Of a DNA stretch of 64,000 bases, positions 8,899 to 18,718 are shown one piece after another. Under the pieces are notes generated by a model, which had not been told where the DNA came from, searched no databases, and was given only the letters and a program-made list of their open reading frames with translations. Within the stretch, counting starts at the first letter, position 1; each line of letters opens with the position of its first letter. The stretch spans positions 2,273 to 66,272 of the forward strand of contig JBLKOL010000001.1 in the NCBI GenBank assembly GCA_047602765.1, in the 5' to 3' direction. The position numbers were made by a program, and so were the translations under genes. The stretch is from Candidatus Woesearchaeota archaeon (GTDB lineage Archaea; Nanobdellota; Nanobdellia; Woesearchaeales; WAPJ01).

Positions 8899-8906
8899 CT
8901 TATAAG
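8899..8906 (+). promoter_or_regulatory. TATA box for suf operon
   Basis: cttataag 28 nt upstream of sufB ATG 8928. Confidence 0.5.
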
Positions 8907-8927
8907 ACGTTCTTTGGACCGCTCGAC

Positions 8928-11537
8928 ATGAACGATGTATCGAAGGAGCTCCAGGCGGTGCTCGATGCGCCTTCGACCGACCGCTACCGCTACCGTGCTC
9001 CTGATGGAGTATCTGAGGAGCTCGTACGTTCGATCAGCACCGAAAAAGGAGAACCGTCATGGATGCTCGACTTAAGGCTCCGCGCCCTCAAGATATACTC
9101 TGAGAAGCCCATGCCTGAGTGGGGTCCGGACCTCTCAGGACTCGATCTCGACGGACTTACGTACTATGTGACGCCCGATGCGAAATCGAACGCCGCATCA
9201 TGGGATGAGGTTCCTGATGATATCAAGAAGGTCTATGATGCGCTCGGCATCCCCCAAGCGGAACAGAAGGCGCTCGCCGGTGCAGGTGCACAGTTCGACT
9301 CAGGCGTCGTCTACCATCAGATCAAAAAAGAGTGGGAAGAGAAAGGGGTTATCTTCCTCGACATGGACGTAGCGCTTCGCGAACACGAAGAACTCGTCAA
9401 ACGGTATTTCGGCACGGTCGTCTCGCCCGCGCTCCACAAGTTCAGTGCACTGCATTATGCGGTCTGGTCGGGTGGGACGTTCATCTACGTGCCGAAAGGT
9501 GTTGACGTTCCGCTCCCGCTCCAAGCCTACTTCCGCATGAACGCGCGCAAGATGGGTCAGTTCGAACACACGCTCATCATCGTCGACGATGGAGCGCGGC
9601 TCATGTACATCGAAGGCTGTAGCGCCCCACAGTACAACGAATCATCGATCCACGCAGGCTGCGTTGAGGTCTACGTCGGCAGAGGTGCACGTGCACGTTA
9701 CTCGTCCGTCGAGAACTGGAGCCGCAACACGTACAACCTGAACACGAAATCCGCGCACGTTCACGAGGACGGTGTGATCGAATGGATAGGTGGGAACCTC
9801 GGATGCCTGACGGGAGATGCTCTGGTAGAAACCGTCGGGGGGCCACGTCGGATCGATGAGATAGAGGTCGGTGACCACGTCTATGCGCTCGACGAAACCG
9901 ACCGTTCGATCAAACCGCGCAGGGTTCTCGGGAGCGTCTTCAGCGGAATCAAAGAAGTGTATGTTGTAACGGTAAGCGGGCGGCGCCTGCGTGCGACGGC
10001 GAACCACCCGTTCCTCGTCATGGAGCGAGTGAAGCGTCACCCATCGCACAAGAAAGGATTCTTCAACGCGACGTGGAAGCCGCTCGCATACCTACGTGCA
10101 GGTGATTTGATCGCGGTACCGAGACGTCTCCCTGATGAAGGCACTCCCTACCGGCTCCCACAACCGGTTCGAGGGTCTTTCGCTCGAAGTAATAATCAGT
10201 ATGGCGATTTCATCATGCGTACCGGTAGCAGCATCCGTCAGATCAGAGTGCCGGATCATACGTCTGAGGATTTCATGTGGTTCCTCGGGCTTATGCTCGG
10301 CGACGGCCACGTCTGGTTTGACAAGAGCGCTACCAAAGCGAAGATCAACATCGCGATTCCGCGTTCGAGCGATCTGCGCACGCCACTCATCGAAACGTTG
10401 GAGTCGCTCTTCGACATACGCGAATTCTACGAACAGGAACGATACATCGTGGTGAACTCGATACAACTCGGATTGTTGCTCGAGGAGATAGGATTCGTCG
10501 GCAACGCCGATACGAAGAGTGTCCCTCGATGGGTCCATACGCTGCCACGCTCACAGAAACTCGCGTTCCTTGCAGGATACTTCGATTCTGACGGTCATGT
10601 CGGCCGGAACGGCATCTATCTCACGAGCATCAACGAAGACGTCTTACGCTCCATCCAACACGTCGCATTGAGCTGTGGTATGGGTTTCTCGCACGTTTTC
10701 AACCACGGTATCGAACGAGAGACTACGATCTGCGGTGTTCAGTGCATGGCGCATGAGAGTTTCAGATTGCTGTTGAACGGTCCTCTCGTTGGAGAATTGC
10801 CGACGAGAAGTCATTCTTACCGCGAATCCATCACGCGAATCAAGACGAAACGCAACTTCACCACCGCGAACGGCGTGAACTTCCGGCATGAGACGAGCGA
10901 TGATCTCGGATTCACCAGGGTGCAGTCGGTCGAAGCAGCAGGAATAGAGCCCACGTATGATATCGAAGTCGAAGGATCACACAATTTCATCGCGAACGGC
11001 ATCATAGTACACAACAGCGGCGTAACCATGCTCTACCCTTCGTCGATCCTCAAGGGCGCGAGAGCGAAGTCGGATCACATCTCGATCGCCTTCGCCGCGA
11101 AGGATCAGAACCAGGATGTAGGAGCCAAGGTCTTCATGCTCGCACCCAACACTGCAGCTACGATCACGTCGAAGTCGATCAGCCTCGACGGTGGCATCAC
11201 GAGCTATCGTGGTGTCGTCAAGGTAAGTCCTAAGGCGACGGGCGCGAACCTCTCGGTCGAGTGCGACGCGCTCATGATGGATAACCGTTCAGAGTCGAAC
11301 ACGTATCCGGTCATGGATATCCAGAACGATACCGCAACGATCACGCACGAGGCGACGGTGGGCAAGATCAGCGAAGAAGAGGTGTTCTACCTGATGAGCC
11401 GCGGTATTCCCGAAGAACAAGCGGTTCAGATGATCGTCTCGGGATTCATAGAACCGGTGATCAAAGAGCTCCCGCTCGAATACGCTGTGGAATTGAACCG
11501 TTTGATCGCGCTCGAGATGGAGGGGTCGCTCGGATGA
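8928..11537 (+). CDS. sufB: Fe-S cluster assembly protein SufB, interrupted by an intein
   Basis: SufB N- and C-extein sequence (…IEWIGGNLG / SGVTMLYPS…GKISEEEVFYLMSRGIPE…); 869 aa vs ~465 expected. Confidence 0.95.
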   Translation: MNDVSKELQAVLDAPSTDRYRYRAPDGVSEELVRSISTEKGEPSWMLDLRLRALKIYSEKPMPEWGPDLSGLDLDGLTYYVTPDAKSNAASWDEVPDDIKKVYDALGIPQAEQKALAGAGAQFDSGVVYHQIKKEWEEKGVIFLDMDVALREHEELVKRYFGTVVSPALHKFSALHYAVWSGGTFIYVPKGVDVPLPLQAYFRMNARKMGQFEHTLIIVDDGARLMYIEGCSAPQYNESSIHAGCVEVYVGRGARARYSSVENWSRNTYNLNTKSAHVHEDGVIEWIGGNLGCLTGDALVETVGGPRRIDEIEVGDHVYALDETDRSIKPRRVLGSVFSGIKEVYVVTVSGRRLRATANHPFLVMERVKRHPSHKKGFFNATWKPLAYLRAGDLIAVPRRLPDEGTPYRLPQPVRGSFARSNNQYGDFIMRTGSSIRQIRVPDHTSEDFMWFLGLMLGDGHVWFDKSATKAKINIAIPRSSDLRTPLIETLESLFDIREFYEQERYIVVNSIQLGLLLEEIGFVGNADTKSVPRWVHTLPRSQKLAFLAGYFDSDGHVGRNGIYLTSINEDVLRSIQHVALSCGMGFSHVFNHGIERETTICGVQCMAHESFRLLLNGPLVGELPTRSHSYRESITRIKTKRNFTTANGVNFRHETSDDLGFTRVQSVEAAGIEPTYDIEVEGSHNFIANGIIVHNSGVTMLYPSSILKGARAKSDHISIAFAAKDQNQDVGAKVFMLAPNTAATITSKSISLDGGITSYRGVVKVSPKATGANLSVECDALMMDNRSESNTYPVMDIQNDTATITHEATVGKISEEEVFYLMSRGIPEEQAVQMIVSGFIEPVIKELPLEYAVELNRLIALEMEGSLG
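9804..11015 (+). mobile_element. SufB intein (404 aa) with LAGLIDADG homing-endonuclease domain
   Basis: Cys1 CLTGDALV, block B ATANHPF, LAGLIDADG motifs LGLMLGDGHV (~10290) and LAGYFDSDGHV (~10570), C-terminal NGIIVHN followed by Ser+1. Confidence 0.9.
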
Positions 11538-12490
11538 CCGTTCAGAACCTGAAGGACCCATCGCTCGTCTACGGTCTGGGTGTGCGCTCACCATTCGCAA
11601 CGCACGAATTCGCATCCGCACGACCCAATGAGTGTGCGCTTCTGCGGTGGCTCGAAGAACACTCGCTCAGGTCCTTGCTTCGCTTCGAAGAAGCGATCCT
11701 CTCACGTCTTGCCGTTCGAGAACACACGGTCGAGGGATCGTACGATGCCACGGTTACCGACGCATTGCTACTCACGATCGCCGAGCCTTCATCGATCCGC
11801 CTCGGGCTCGAAGGTACACGTGTCGGCGATCTCGGTGTTTCGGTCGTCGTCCTCGACGTCCGCACAGACACAACACTCATCCTTGAATCCGAGCCTTCGG
11901 ATCGAAGCGTACACTTGGTGTATGCGAACGTCGCTGACGATGCGACGCTCTCGTTCAACGACGTATTCATCGGGGAGCATGATTCGTTCCGCCGCGTGAG
12001 CGTCGTACTCCACGAGTCATCGCGCGTGTATCCTAATCACGCCTTCTTCACGTACGGTCGTGGGACGCTCGATCTCAAGTCCGACGTTACGCACATCGGT
12101 CATGAATCGTTCTCGGATATGAAGGTTCGCGGCGTGCTCGCAGGGTCGTCGTGTGCGATCGTACAGGGAGACGTGACGATCGCCCCTTCGGCGTTCGATG
12201 CGAACGGATACCAACAGGAAGACTTGATTCTCGCATCACCGCGTGCGATCGCACGTCCGATCCCCAACCTTGAGATCGGAAACAACCAGGTCAAATGCTC
12301 GCATGGAGCGACGGTTTCGAGTGTGGATTCCGAAGCGGTGTTCTACTTACGCTCCCGAGGCGTTCCTGAAGGCGATGCCAAGTCGCTGCTCCTCTCGAGC
12401 TTCATCAAACCGATCCTCTCGTTGTATCCTGAGGAAGAGCTCGAGGCGCTCAGCGCGAAGATTCGAGGTGTGATCGATGAAGCTCGCTGA
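11534..12490 (+). CDS. sufD: Fe-S cluster assembly protein SufD (short form)
   Basis: C-terminal NQVKCSHGATVSSVDSEAVFYLRSRGVPEGDAKSLL signature; ATGA overlap with sufB. Confidence 0.85.
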   Translation: MTVQNLKDPSLVYGLGVRSPFATHEFASARPNECALLRWLEEHSLRSLLRFEEAILSRLAVREHTVEGSYDATVTDALLLTIAEPSSIRLGLEGTRVGDLGVSVVVLDVRTDTTLILESEPSDRSVHLVYANVADDATLSFNDVFIGEHDSFRRVSVVLHESSRVYPNHAFFTYGRGTLDLKSDVTHIGHESFSDMKVRGVLAGSSCAIVQGDVTIAPSAFDANGYQQEDLILASPRAIARPIPNLEIGNNQVKCSHGATVSSVDSEAVFYLRSRGVPEGDAKSLLLSSFIKPILSLYPEEELEALSAKIRGVIDEAR

Positions 12491-13643
12491 CCTCCGAGGG
12501 CAGGTGCCTCAACTATCACAGAATACCGTCTACCTCGATAACGCGGCTACGACACACAAGCCTTCGGCGGTGATCGAAGCGCTCGAAGCGTTCTACCGCG
12601 AGGAGAACGCGAACATCCACCGCTCTCCGCACGCGCTCGGTCAACGTGCGACCGCACGCTACGAAGCCGTCCGCAGGCGCATCAAGCACACGTTCAACGC
12701 GCACTCGTACGACGTCGTCTTCACGCGTGGTGCGACCGAAGCGCTCAACCTGGTCATCTCAGGAGTAGCGCGCTCTCGTGACGGTGCGATCGTGACGTCG
12801 ATGATCGACCATCACAGTTCGTTCGTAGCCGCACAACACCACGCGATGCGATACGAATGCGCCTTTCGGGTCCTCGATGTGGAGAGTGGATTCTCTTCGC
12901 TCGATATGCTCAGTGGCGCCTCGCTCGTATCGGTTCCGATGGTGAGCAACGTGACCGGCGAGATCCTCAACTACGAGGACGTTGTGAGACGTGCGCGTTC
13001 AGAAGGGTCGTTCGTTCTCCTCGACGCCTGTCAAGCGGCGCCTCACCTGCTCCTCGATTGCGATTCGATCGGAGCAGATGCGTATGCCCTGAGCGCTCAC
13101 AAGGTGCTCGGACCCACAGGTCTTGGTGTGCTTATCGCCAAGCGCGAACTCCTCGATTCGATCGAACCGATGTTCTACGGTGGAGAGATGGTCGAACAGG
13201 TTTCGTCAGAGCAGACGACGTTCGCCTCCATCCCGCATCGTTTCGAAGCGGGGACGATGCCGATCGCTCAGGTCATCGCATTTGCATCAGCACTCGACGT
13301 ATTCGATTCGCTCGACCGTCACGAACTCGAATCGCATCGCACGGCGCTCTCCAAGCAGCTTCTTTCAGGCCTCTCGAAGCTCGGTGTGCGCGTGCTCTCG
13401 GCATATGATGATCCCGATGCGCACGATCGCATCCCCATCGTGTCGTTCACTGGCGACTTCCACCCGTACGATGCTGCGCTCTTGCTCGATGCGAAGGGCA
13501 TCGCCATGCGAGCCGGCCATCACTGCGCCGAACCGTTCCATGCATCGAGGGGAGTCTCAGGCTCGCTGCGCGCCTCAGCATACCTGTATTCCACCGAGGA
13601 CGATATCGACCGCTTCCTCGAAGAACTCGAAAGGATTACGTGA
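12477..13643 (+). CDS. sufS: Cysteine desulfurase SufS (class V aminotransferase)
   Basis: PLP lysine SAHKVLGPTG, catalytic RAGHHCAEP, N-terminal YLDNAATT. Confidence 0.9.
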   Translation: MKLADLRGQVPQLSQNTVYLDNAATTHKPSAVIEALEAFYREENANIHRSPHALGQRATARYEAVRRRIKHTFNAHSYDVVFTRGATEALNLVISGVARSRDGAIVTSMIDHHSSFVAAQHHAMRYECAFRVLDVESGFSSLDMLSGASLVSVPMVSNVTGEILNYEDVVRRARSEGSFVLLDACQAAPHLLLDCDSIGADAYALSAHKVLGPTGLGVLIAKRELLDSIEPMFYGGEMVEQVSSEQTTFASIPHRFEAGTMPIAQVIAFASALDVFDSLDRHELESHRTALSKQLLSGLSKLGVRVLSAYDDPDAHDRIPIVSFTGDFHPYDAALLLDAKGIAMRAGHHCAEPFHASRGVSGSLRASAYLYSTEDDIDRFLEELERIT

Positions 13644-14380
13644 TACCCATGCTCGACATCAAGAACCTTACCGCTACGATCGAAGACAACCGCATCCTCG
13701 AAGGAGTAGACCTCACCATTCCGAAGGGTCGTATCGTTGCCGTGATGGGTCCGAACGGTTCGGGCAAGTCGACGCTCGCATCAGTTCTTGCAGGCGATCC
13801 GAAGTTCGAGGCCGAAGGCTCGGTTTCCTTCCTCGGCGAGGATCTGCTCGCTCTCGAGCCCGATGAGCGTGCACGTGCAGGTGTGTTCCTCTCCTTTCAG
13901 TATCCGGTCGAGATCCAAGGTGTGACGGTTTCGAGTTTCCTCAAGGCGGCGCTCGATGCACGGAGCGAGGAGAAGCTCAAGCCCAAGGAGTTCTTCGCGC
14001 GGCTCAAGCGGGCTATGGAGACGCTCAAGATCCCGACGGAGTTCGCGAGCCGTTATCTCAACGTAGGATTCTCAGGTGGCGAGAAGAAGCGTCTTGAGAT
14101 GCTCCAGATGCTCCTGCTCGAACCCTCGTTCGTCATACTCGACGAGACGGATTCGGGTCTTGATATCGATGCGCTCAGGATCGTGGCTGACGCGGTGAAT
14201 GCGATGCGCTCGCCTGAACGGAGCTTCTTGCTCATCACCCACTATACGCGCATTCTCACCCTCATAGAACCCGACGAGGTTGCGATCCTCATGAAGGGTC
14301 GTATCGTCGAGCAGGGAGGACCCGAACTCGCTCAGAAGCTCGAGGATGAAGGGTATGCGTGGCTCGACGAACACCGTTAG
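13640..14380 (+). CDS. sufC: Fe-S cluster assembly ATPase SufC
   Basis: Walker A GPNGSGKST, LNVGFSGGEKKR signature, Walker B ILDETDSGLD; start GTG 13640 or ATG 13649. Confidence 0.95.
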   Translation: MIPMLDIKNLTATIEDNRILEGVDLTIPKGRIVAVMGPNGSGKSTLASVLAGDPKFEAEGSVSFLGEDLLALEPDERARAGVFLSFQYPVEIQGVTVSSFLKAALDARSEEKLKPKEFFARLKRAMETLKIPTEFASRYLNVGFSGGEKKRLEMLQMLLLEPSFVILDETDSGLDIDALRIVADAVNAMRSPERSFLLITHYTRILTLIEPDEVAILMKGRIVEQGGPELAQKLEDEGYAWLDEHR

Positions 14381-14586
14381 AGGAGGTCCTCGAGTCCTCC
14401 TTCGGTTTCGAGCTCGTCGATGAGGCTCGTTGCGTTCACGAGAGCGTAGATACCGATGGTTCCGAGCACAGCGACGTATGGTTGGTTCGTGACGATTCCG
14501 ACGACACCTGTGGTGAGGAACGGTATGGAACACACATAGGAGAGGTACTGCCGCTTCCGGATCGATGCAGCATCGTATCCACCCAT
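14377..14586 (-). CDS. Small membrane protein (69 aa)
   Basis: Two hydrophobic segments; downstream of Ham1 gene on same strand; no family recognised. Confidence 0.3.
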   Translation of the reverse strand: MGGYDAASIRKRQYLSYVCSIPFLTTGVVGIVTNQPYVAVLGTIGIYALVNATSLIDELETEGGLEDLL

Positions 14587-14611
14587 ACAGGTTCTGGGGC
14601 TTTTCGGGTTC

Positions 14612-15139
14612 TTATCCGTTTCGCAGGAACGATACGAGTTTCTCAACGGCCTTCGTCCGGGGGCTCATCGTGTGCTTTTCTTCGCCGAGTTCGGCGTACG
14701 TCTGATCGTATCCTTCGGGTTCGAAGATCGGATCCCATCCGAAGCCTTCGCCTCGGGGTTCGACGATTTTGCCACGGACGGTTCCTTCGAAGAACTCCAT
14801 CTTCTCGCCTGAGGCGTATCCGATGATCGTGCGCGCCGTGGCGTGCGTATCTTCACTGTATCTTGTGATGAGATGTGCGATGCCTTCGACTCCGAGTTCT
14901 TCGAGGAAGTGTTTGATGAGAGGGCCGGGAAGGCGTCCGAGGCAGTCCATCATGAGTGATGTGTCTTCGACGATGAGGTCTTCATCGGTGTATGAGCGTG
15001 CCGATTCGAGTTTCGCTCTGATGATCGTATGAGGGTCGAGGGATTGGATCTCGGGCAGGTCGAGTTCGAGCGGTTCGATGTCCGGGATGTGGATGCGCAG
15101 TTCCCGCAGCTTGTTCGGGTTGCTCGTGACGAATCTCAT
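14612..15139 (-). CDS. Non-canonical purine NTP pyrophosphatase (Ham1/RdgB/ITPase family)
   Basis: FVTSNPNKLRE..., EDTSL, FGWDPIF motifs. Confidence 0.9.
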   Translation of the reverse strand: MRFVTSNPNKLRELRIHIPDIEPLELDLPEIQSLDPHTIIRAKLESARSYTDEDLIVEDTSLMMDCLGRLPGPLIKHFLEELGVEGIAHLITRYSEDTHATARTIIGYASGEKMEFFEGTVRGKIVEPRGEGFGWDPIFEPEGYDQTYAELGEEKHTMSPRTKAVEKLVSFLRNG

Positions 15140-15534
15140 CGCCGGTCCTCTCTGAGTTCGAGGAAGCGTTCGACCGCTGCTTCGGGTTTTACGCCGTAGG
15201 TTTTGAGGTGTGCGATCGGCATCCAGACGAGTTCGTGAATGTTATCAGGTCCTGTTTCTGCTTCTTCTCCGACGATACGCGGCGTCCCTTCCCATTCGCG
15301 TACGACGAAGTACGTGTGTTCGCGTTCGTCGAAGTCGTTCGTGATGGTGAACGATTCTGCGAGTGTAACCTTCAGATCAGTCTCCTCTACGGCTTCGCGG
15401 ATCGCCGCTTGTTCTGCGTTCTCTGCGGGTTCTGCTCCTCCTCCGATGAGTGTGAAGTACGTTCCGCGATCAGGACGGTATCGTCTCATGACGAGCACCT
15501 GTCGTCCGTCGGTGATGATGACGCCTGCTCTCAT
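15136..15534 (-). CDS. NUDIX hydrolase
   Basis: Nudix box GGGAEPAENAEQAAIREAVEETDL; ATGA overlap with Ham1 gene; start at MRAGVIITDG chosen by TATA spacing (ORF extends to 15645). Confidence 0.85.
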   Translation of the reverse strand: MRAGVIITDGRQVLVMRRYRPDRGTYFTLIGGGAEPAENAEQAAIREAVEETDLKVTLAESFTITNDFDEREHTYFVVREWEGTPRIVGEEAETGPDNIHELVWMPIAHLKTYGVKPEAAVERFLELREDRR

Positions 15535-15555
15535 ACTGATGCGCGCGCATACGGG

Positions 15556-15563
15556 TTTAAAAA
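15556..15563. promoter_or_regulatory. Shared TATA box between divergent Nudix (15534) and glycosyltransferase-like (15586) genes
   Basis: gggtttaaaaaccgttt, 22-30 nt from both ATGs. Confidence 0.5.
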
Positions 15564-15585
15564 CCGTTTCTTGTTCTCTTACGGT

Positions 15586-16392
15586 ATGAAGCGCCTCATC
15601 GCAACGGCGGCGAACAGCAAGGTCGAACGCTTCATGCTCGAACACTGGTTCGCACCTCTTCGTGCCTCGGTCGACCTAGACGGCATCGATGTCCTCGTAG
15701 TCGACTACGGCTTATCTGGTGAGGTGAGGGAGGAGTTGTCTGCACAGAAGGTCATAGTATTCGAGGGTGTGGTGCGCGGTCACGTAGTGAACGCTCGGTT
15801 CCTCGATCTCGCACGGTTCCTTGAGCGCAATGAGTACGGTCGGGTGCTCCTCTGTGATTCGGGTGATCTCATCTTCCAGAGCGATATCAGCTGTCTGCTC
15901 GACGGGTCTTCCAATTGCTTTCAGGCGATGCGCGACCCGGTCGTCATCAATAACCAGATTTTCGGAGTGGGTGATATTCCTCGTGGTGAACACATCCGAC
16001 TCCTGCGCAAGTATGCGTCGACTCCGATGGTGAATGCAGGGGTGATCGTGGGTCCTCCTGCGTGTTTCGTGTCGTTCGCGCGGTTCTTGGAGGACTCGAC
16101 GCGTTCGCTTCGTGCGTACGGTACGGATCAACTCTTGTTATCATCTTTTGTCGACCAATATGGGTTGTCTGAGCTCGACCGGATGTACAATTGGATGCCC
16201 CTGTACTTCACGGACTTCACGGTTGATCATGGTGTTGTGCTGCATGACGGTATGCCGATCCCCATCGTGCATAACGCCGGATGGCGTGATGGACTGCGCG
16301 CGTTCAAAAGATTCGGATATGGGCCTGACAATAACGAGTTCCGCGAAAGACTTACGAAGATGATACGGCGCACGTATCGCGAGGTGTCGTGA
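15586..16392 (+). CDS. GT-A-like (GT8-like) nucleotide-sugar transferase, putative
   Basis: LLCDSGDLIF (DxD-like) and VNAGVIVG motifs; the first 126 codons of the 394-aa track ORF are antisense to the Nudix gene. Confidence 0.5.
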   Translation: MKRLIATAANSKVERFMLEHWFAPLRASVDLDGIDVLVVDYGLSGEVREELSAQKVIVFEGVVRGHVVNARFLDLARFLERNEYGRVLLCDSGDLIFQSDISCLLDGSSNCFQAMRDPVVINNQIFGVGDIPRGEHIRLLRKYASTPMVNAGVIVGPPACFVSFARFLEDSTRSLRAYGTDQLLLSSFVDQYGLSELDRMYNWMPLYFTDFTVDHGVVLHDGMPIPIVHNAGWRDGLRAFKRFGYGPDNNEFRERLTKMIRRTYREVS

Positions 16393-17510
16393 TGGTTCGC
16401 AAGAGGCCTTTGAGGATTGCGTTCGGCGTGTTATCGATCGGACTCGGTCATGCGACGCGCTCGCTTCCGGTGATCACAGAGCTCATCGCCCGAGGACACG
16501 AGGTTCACGTACTCTCATCAGGCAGGTCCCTTGTCTTCTTGCGCGAGGCGCTCGGTGACTCAGCGTCGTTCACTGAGCTTTCAGACTACTCGCTCAGCGA
16601 CACGATGCACGCTGAGAAGGGAGCGTCGGTGGGTCGCTTCGCGCTCTCGTTCCCGCTCTACGCGTCGCAGGTCGTCTCTGAACACCGACGATTCTTACGG
16701 TGGTTCAAGAAGACTCCGTGTGATTGTATCGTCTCAGACACGCGTTTCGGCTTCTACCATGAAGTGCCTTCTTTCCTTATCTTCCATCACTTCAGGCTCG
16801 ACACGAGCGTTCCGGGAAGCCGCAAGATCACCGAACGGGTCCTCTCGCTCGTTCGGCACACGTTCGACCACGTATTCATCCCTGATTATGAAGAGCCTTG
16901 CTTGGCAGGCGAGATCGCCCATGGTCTCACGTTCATTCCCGAAGAGATGATCTCCTACGTCGGAGTGCTCTCCATGGTGCGTCCGCTTGGACTCGAACGC
17001 GACGTTCCGCTCTTCGTATCGATATCTGGTCCTGAGCCTCAACGTACGGTGTTCGAACGCGCCATTATGGATCGTATCGGTGAGCTTCCCGAAGGCTCGG
17101 TCATAACCCTCGGCAATCTTGAGGATCGGAGTGTACGGATGATCGGCGGCGTATCGGTCCACGGCTCTCTCGGTCGTGAGGAGCAGGAGCGCATGCTCAA
17201 CCGAGCACAACTCGTCCTGACGCGCTCAGGCTATTCGACGATCATGGACCTCGCCCAAGCAGGAACGCGAGGATTGCTCATCCCGACGAAAGGACAGCCC
17301 GAACAAGAATACCTCGCACGCTACCACGCATCAAAAGGGAACTATTATTCGACGAGACTCGAAGACCTCGACCTCAAACGCCAACTCCCCATAGCCCGTT
17401 CCTTCCCAGGGTTCATCGTGCCGCACCGATCCGATGAATCGGTGCGTCGGATCGTTGAGATGATCGAACGAAGCGTTTCAGATGAAGGCGATGATCGCCG
17501 CGATCGCTAA
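16389..17510 (+). CDS. GT-B glycosyltransferase, MurG/GT28-like (MJ1255/TIGR00661-like)
   Basis: RIAFGVLSIGLGHATRSLPVITELIARGHEV N-terminus and C-terminal LVLTRSGYSTIMDLAQAG...IPTKGQPEQ. Confidence 0.75.
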   Translation: MMVRKRPLRIAFGVLSIGLGHATRSLPVITELIARGHEVHVLSSGRSLVFLREALGDSASFTELSDYSLSDTMHAEKGASVGRFALSFPLYASQVVSEHRRFLRWFKKTPCDCIVSDTRFGFYHEVPSFLIFHHFRLDTSVPGSRKITERVLSLVRHTFDHVFIPDYEEPCLAGEIAHGLTFIPEEMISYVGVLSMVRPLGLERDVPLFVSISGPEPQRTVFERAIMDRIGELPEGSVITLGNLEDRSVRMIGGVSVHGSLGREEQERMLNRAQLVLTRSGYSTIMDLAQAGTRGLLIPTKGQPEQEYLARYHASKGNYYSTRLEDLDLKRQLPIARSFPGFIVPHRSDESVRRIVEMIERSVSDEGDDRRDR

Positions 17511-17897
17511 CCCCGCGATGTAGACAACCGGTACGGCGAATCGTCCGATCCGCACCCATGCGAACCAATCGACGTTCTCAGGATTCCAGCGTTTCAATCC
17601 CCAACCCGGATTCGAGACGAACCATGAGAGATCTTGGATGAGCACTCCGGTAACGTATCCGAAGGCGATCGTGCGCAAGAGCTCAGGCGAATAGTTGAGT
17701 ACGAGCGGGATCGAGAGCACGAGCGGGAACGTCACCCAGAAGAGGAAGAAGTGGTATCGAGTGAGGATCCACGGCTTTCTGCCGATCTTCCATCCGCGCT
17801 TGTTCTTCTCCCACGCATTATCTCCTTCGACCGAACTCTCCCAGATACCGCTTGCGACCATCGCGGCCCATATGATCCCTATGACGAGAAAGTCCAC
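17478..17897 (-). CDS. Integral membrane protein (139 aa)
   Basis: Four hydrophobic segments, Trp-rich loops. Confidence 0.55.
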   Translation of the reverse strand: MDFLVIGIIWAAMVASGIWESSVEGDNAWEKNKRGWKIGRKPWILTRYHFFLFWVTFPLVLSIPLVLNYSPELLRTIAFGYVTGVLIQDLSWFVSNPGWGLKRWNPENVDWFAWVRIGRFAVPVVYIAGLAIAAIIAFI

Positions 17898-18352
17898 GTG
17901 GTGTTGTCAGCCCGCGGGCTTAAGAGGATATCGTTCGGCCGTTCATGAGGCTCTCGAGCTCGTTCGGTATGGTTGCGAGCAGCGACGACCGAGGCGAGGG
18001 CCCCTGCCGGCCGTTTCTCGAACGTGGTGAAGTCGTAGGTGACCCTTCGCTTACCGCTGACGTATCCTTCGAGAGCGCCCGTAACCCATGACTGGGCATC
18101 AGCCTGGTCGATTCCCATCTCGGTTTCCACGATGACCTTGAGGTTGAGTGTTGCAGGTCCGTGTTCGCGGTTCGTGATCGAGTCGGAGGCCACGTAGATG
18201 TCGCGTATACCGTGTGTTCCCGGTACGGTGCGAAGCGCAGTCATGAACTCGCGCAGGTCGTCGTATGATTGGGTCATCGCAGCGAGTTGCGAACCGATGT
18301 GGGCCCTCGTATCTGCTGGTATGTAGGTTCGAGGATCGGGTTCAGGGTACAT
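17879..18352 (-). CDS. Hypothetical protein (157 aa from MYPEPDP...)
   Basis: Long ORF; ATG about 28 nt from cacttaagc TATA-like element at 18380-18388. Confidence 0.45.
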   Translation of the reverse strand: MYPEPDPRTYIPADTRAHIGSQLAAMTQSYDDLREFMTALRTVPGTHGIRDIYVASDSITNREHGPATLNLKVIVETEMGIDQADAQSWVTGALEGYVSGKRRVTYDFTTFEKRPAGALASVVAARNHTERAREPHERPNDILLSPRADNTTWTFSS

Positions 18353-18395
18353 CCTGAGAGTACGACCGAATCGCCATGACACTTAAGCGTTGCGG

Positions 18396-18686
18396 TCAGA
18401 TGAGGAAGGCTATGATTCCGACGACCAGTGAGAGGAGCGAGAGCATGAGTCCGATCGTGCTCCGAGCGAGTCCGACGCGTTCGCGGACAGCGGCTCTGCG
18501 TGCGAGCGTTCCGACGAGCACCGCTACGGTCAGTGTTGCCGCCCAGAGGATGATGCTCACTTCGCGCGTGATGAACTCTGTGAGCAGAGCGCTCAGAGCG
18601 ATGCGAACGCTGAGAGCGCCGCGAGGGTTGCGAGCACGCCGTTCATATCCTCTCAGAGATAGATGCCTTATTAATGGTTCCCACAA
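18396..18686 (-). CDS. Possible small membrane protein (96 aa)
   Basis: Three hydrophobic stretches; start uncertain. Confidence 0.3.
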   Translation of the reverse strand: MWEPLIRHLSLRGYERRARNPRGALSVRIALSALLTEFITREVSIILWAATLTVAVLVGTLARRAAVRERVGLARSTIGLMLSLLSLVVGIIAFLI

Positions 18687-18690
18687 CCGT

Positions 18691-18698
18691 TTTTAAGG
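18691..18698 (+). promoter_or_regulatory. TATA box for adenosyltransferase gene
   Basis: aaccgTTTTTAAGG, 25 nt upstream of ATG 18719. Confidence 0.5.
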
Positions 18699-18718
18699 GC
18701 CTGAGTCTCCCTCCTCGT

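Noticed and set aside
15208-15585. N-terminal 126 codons of the 394-aa track ORF
   Set aside because: They are antisense to the Nudix gene. A shared TATA at 15556-15563 fits a start at ATG 15586.
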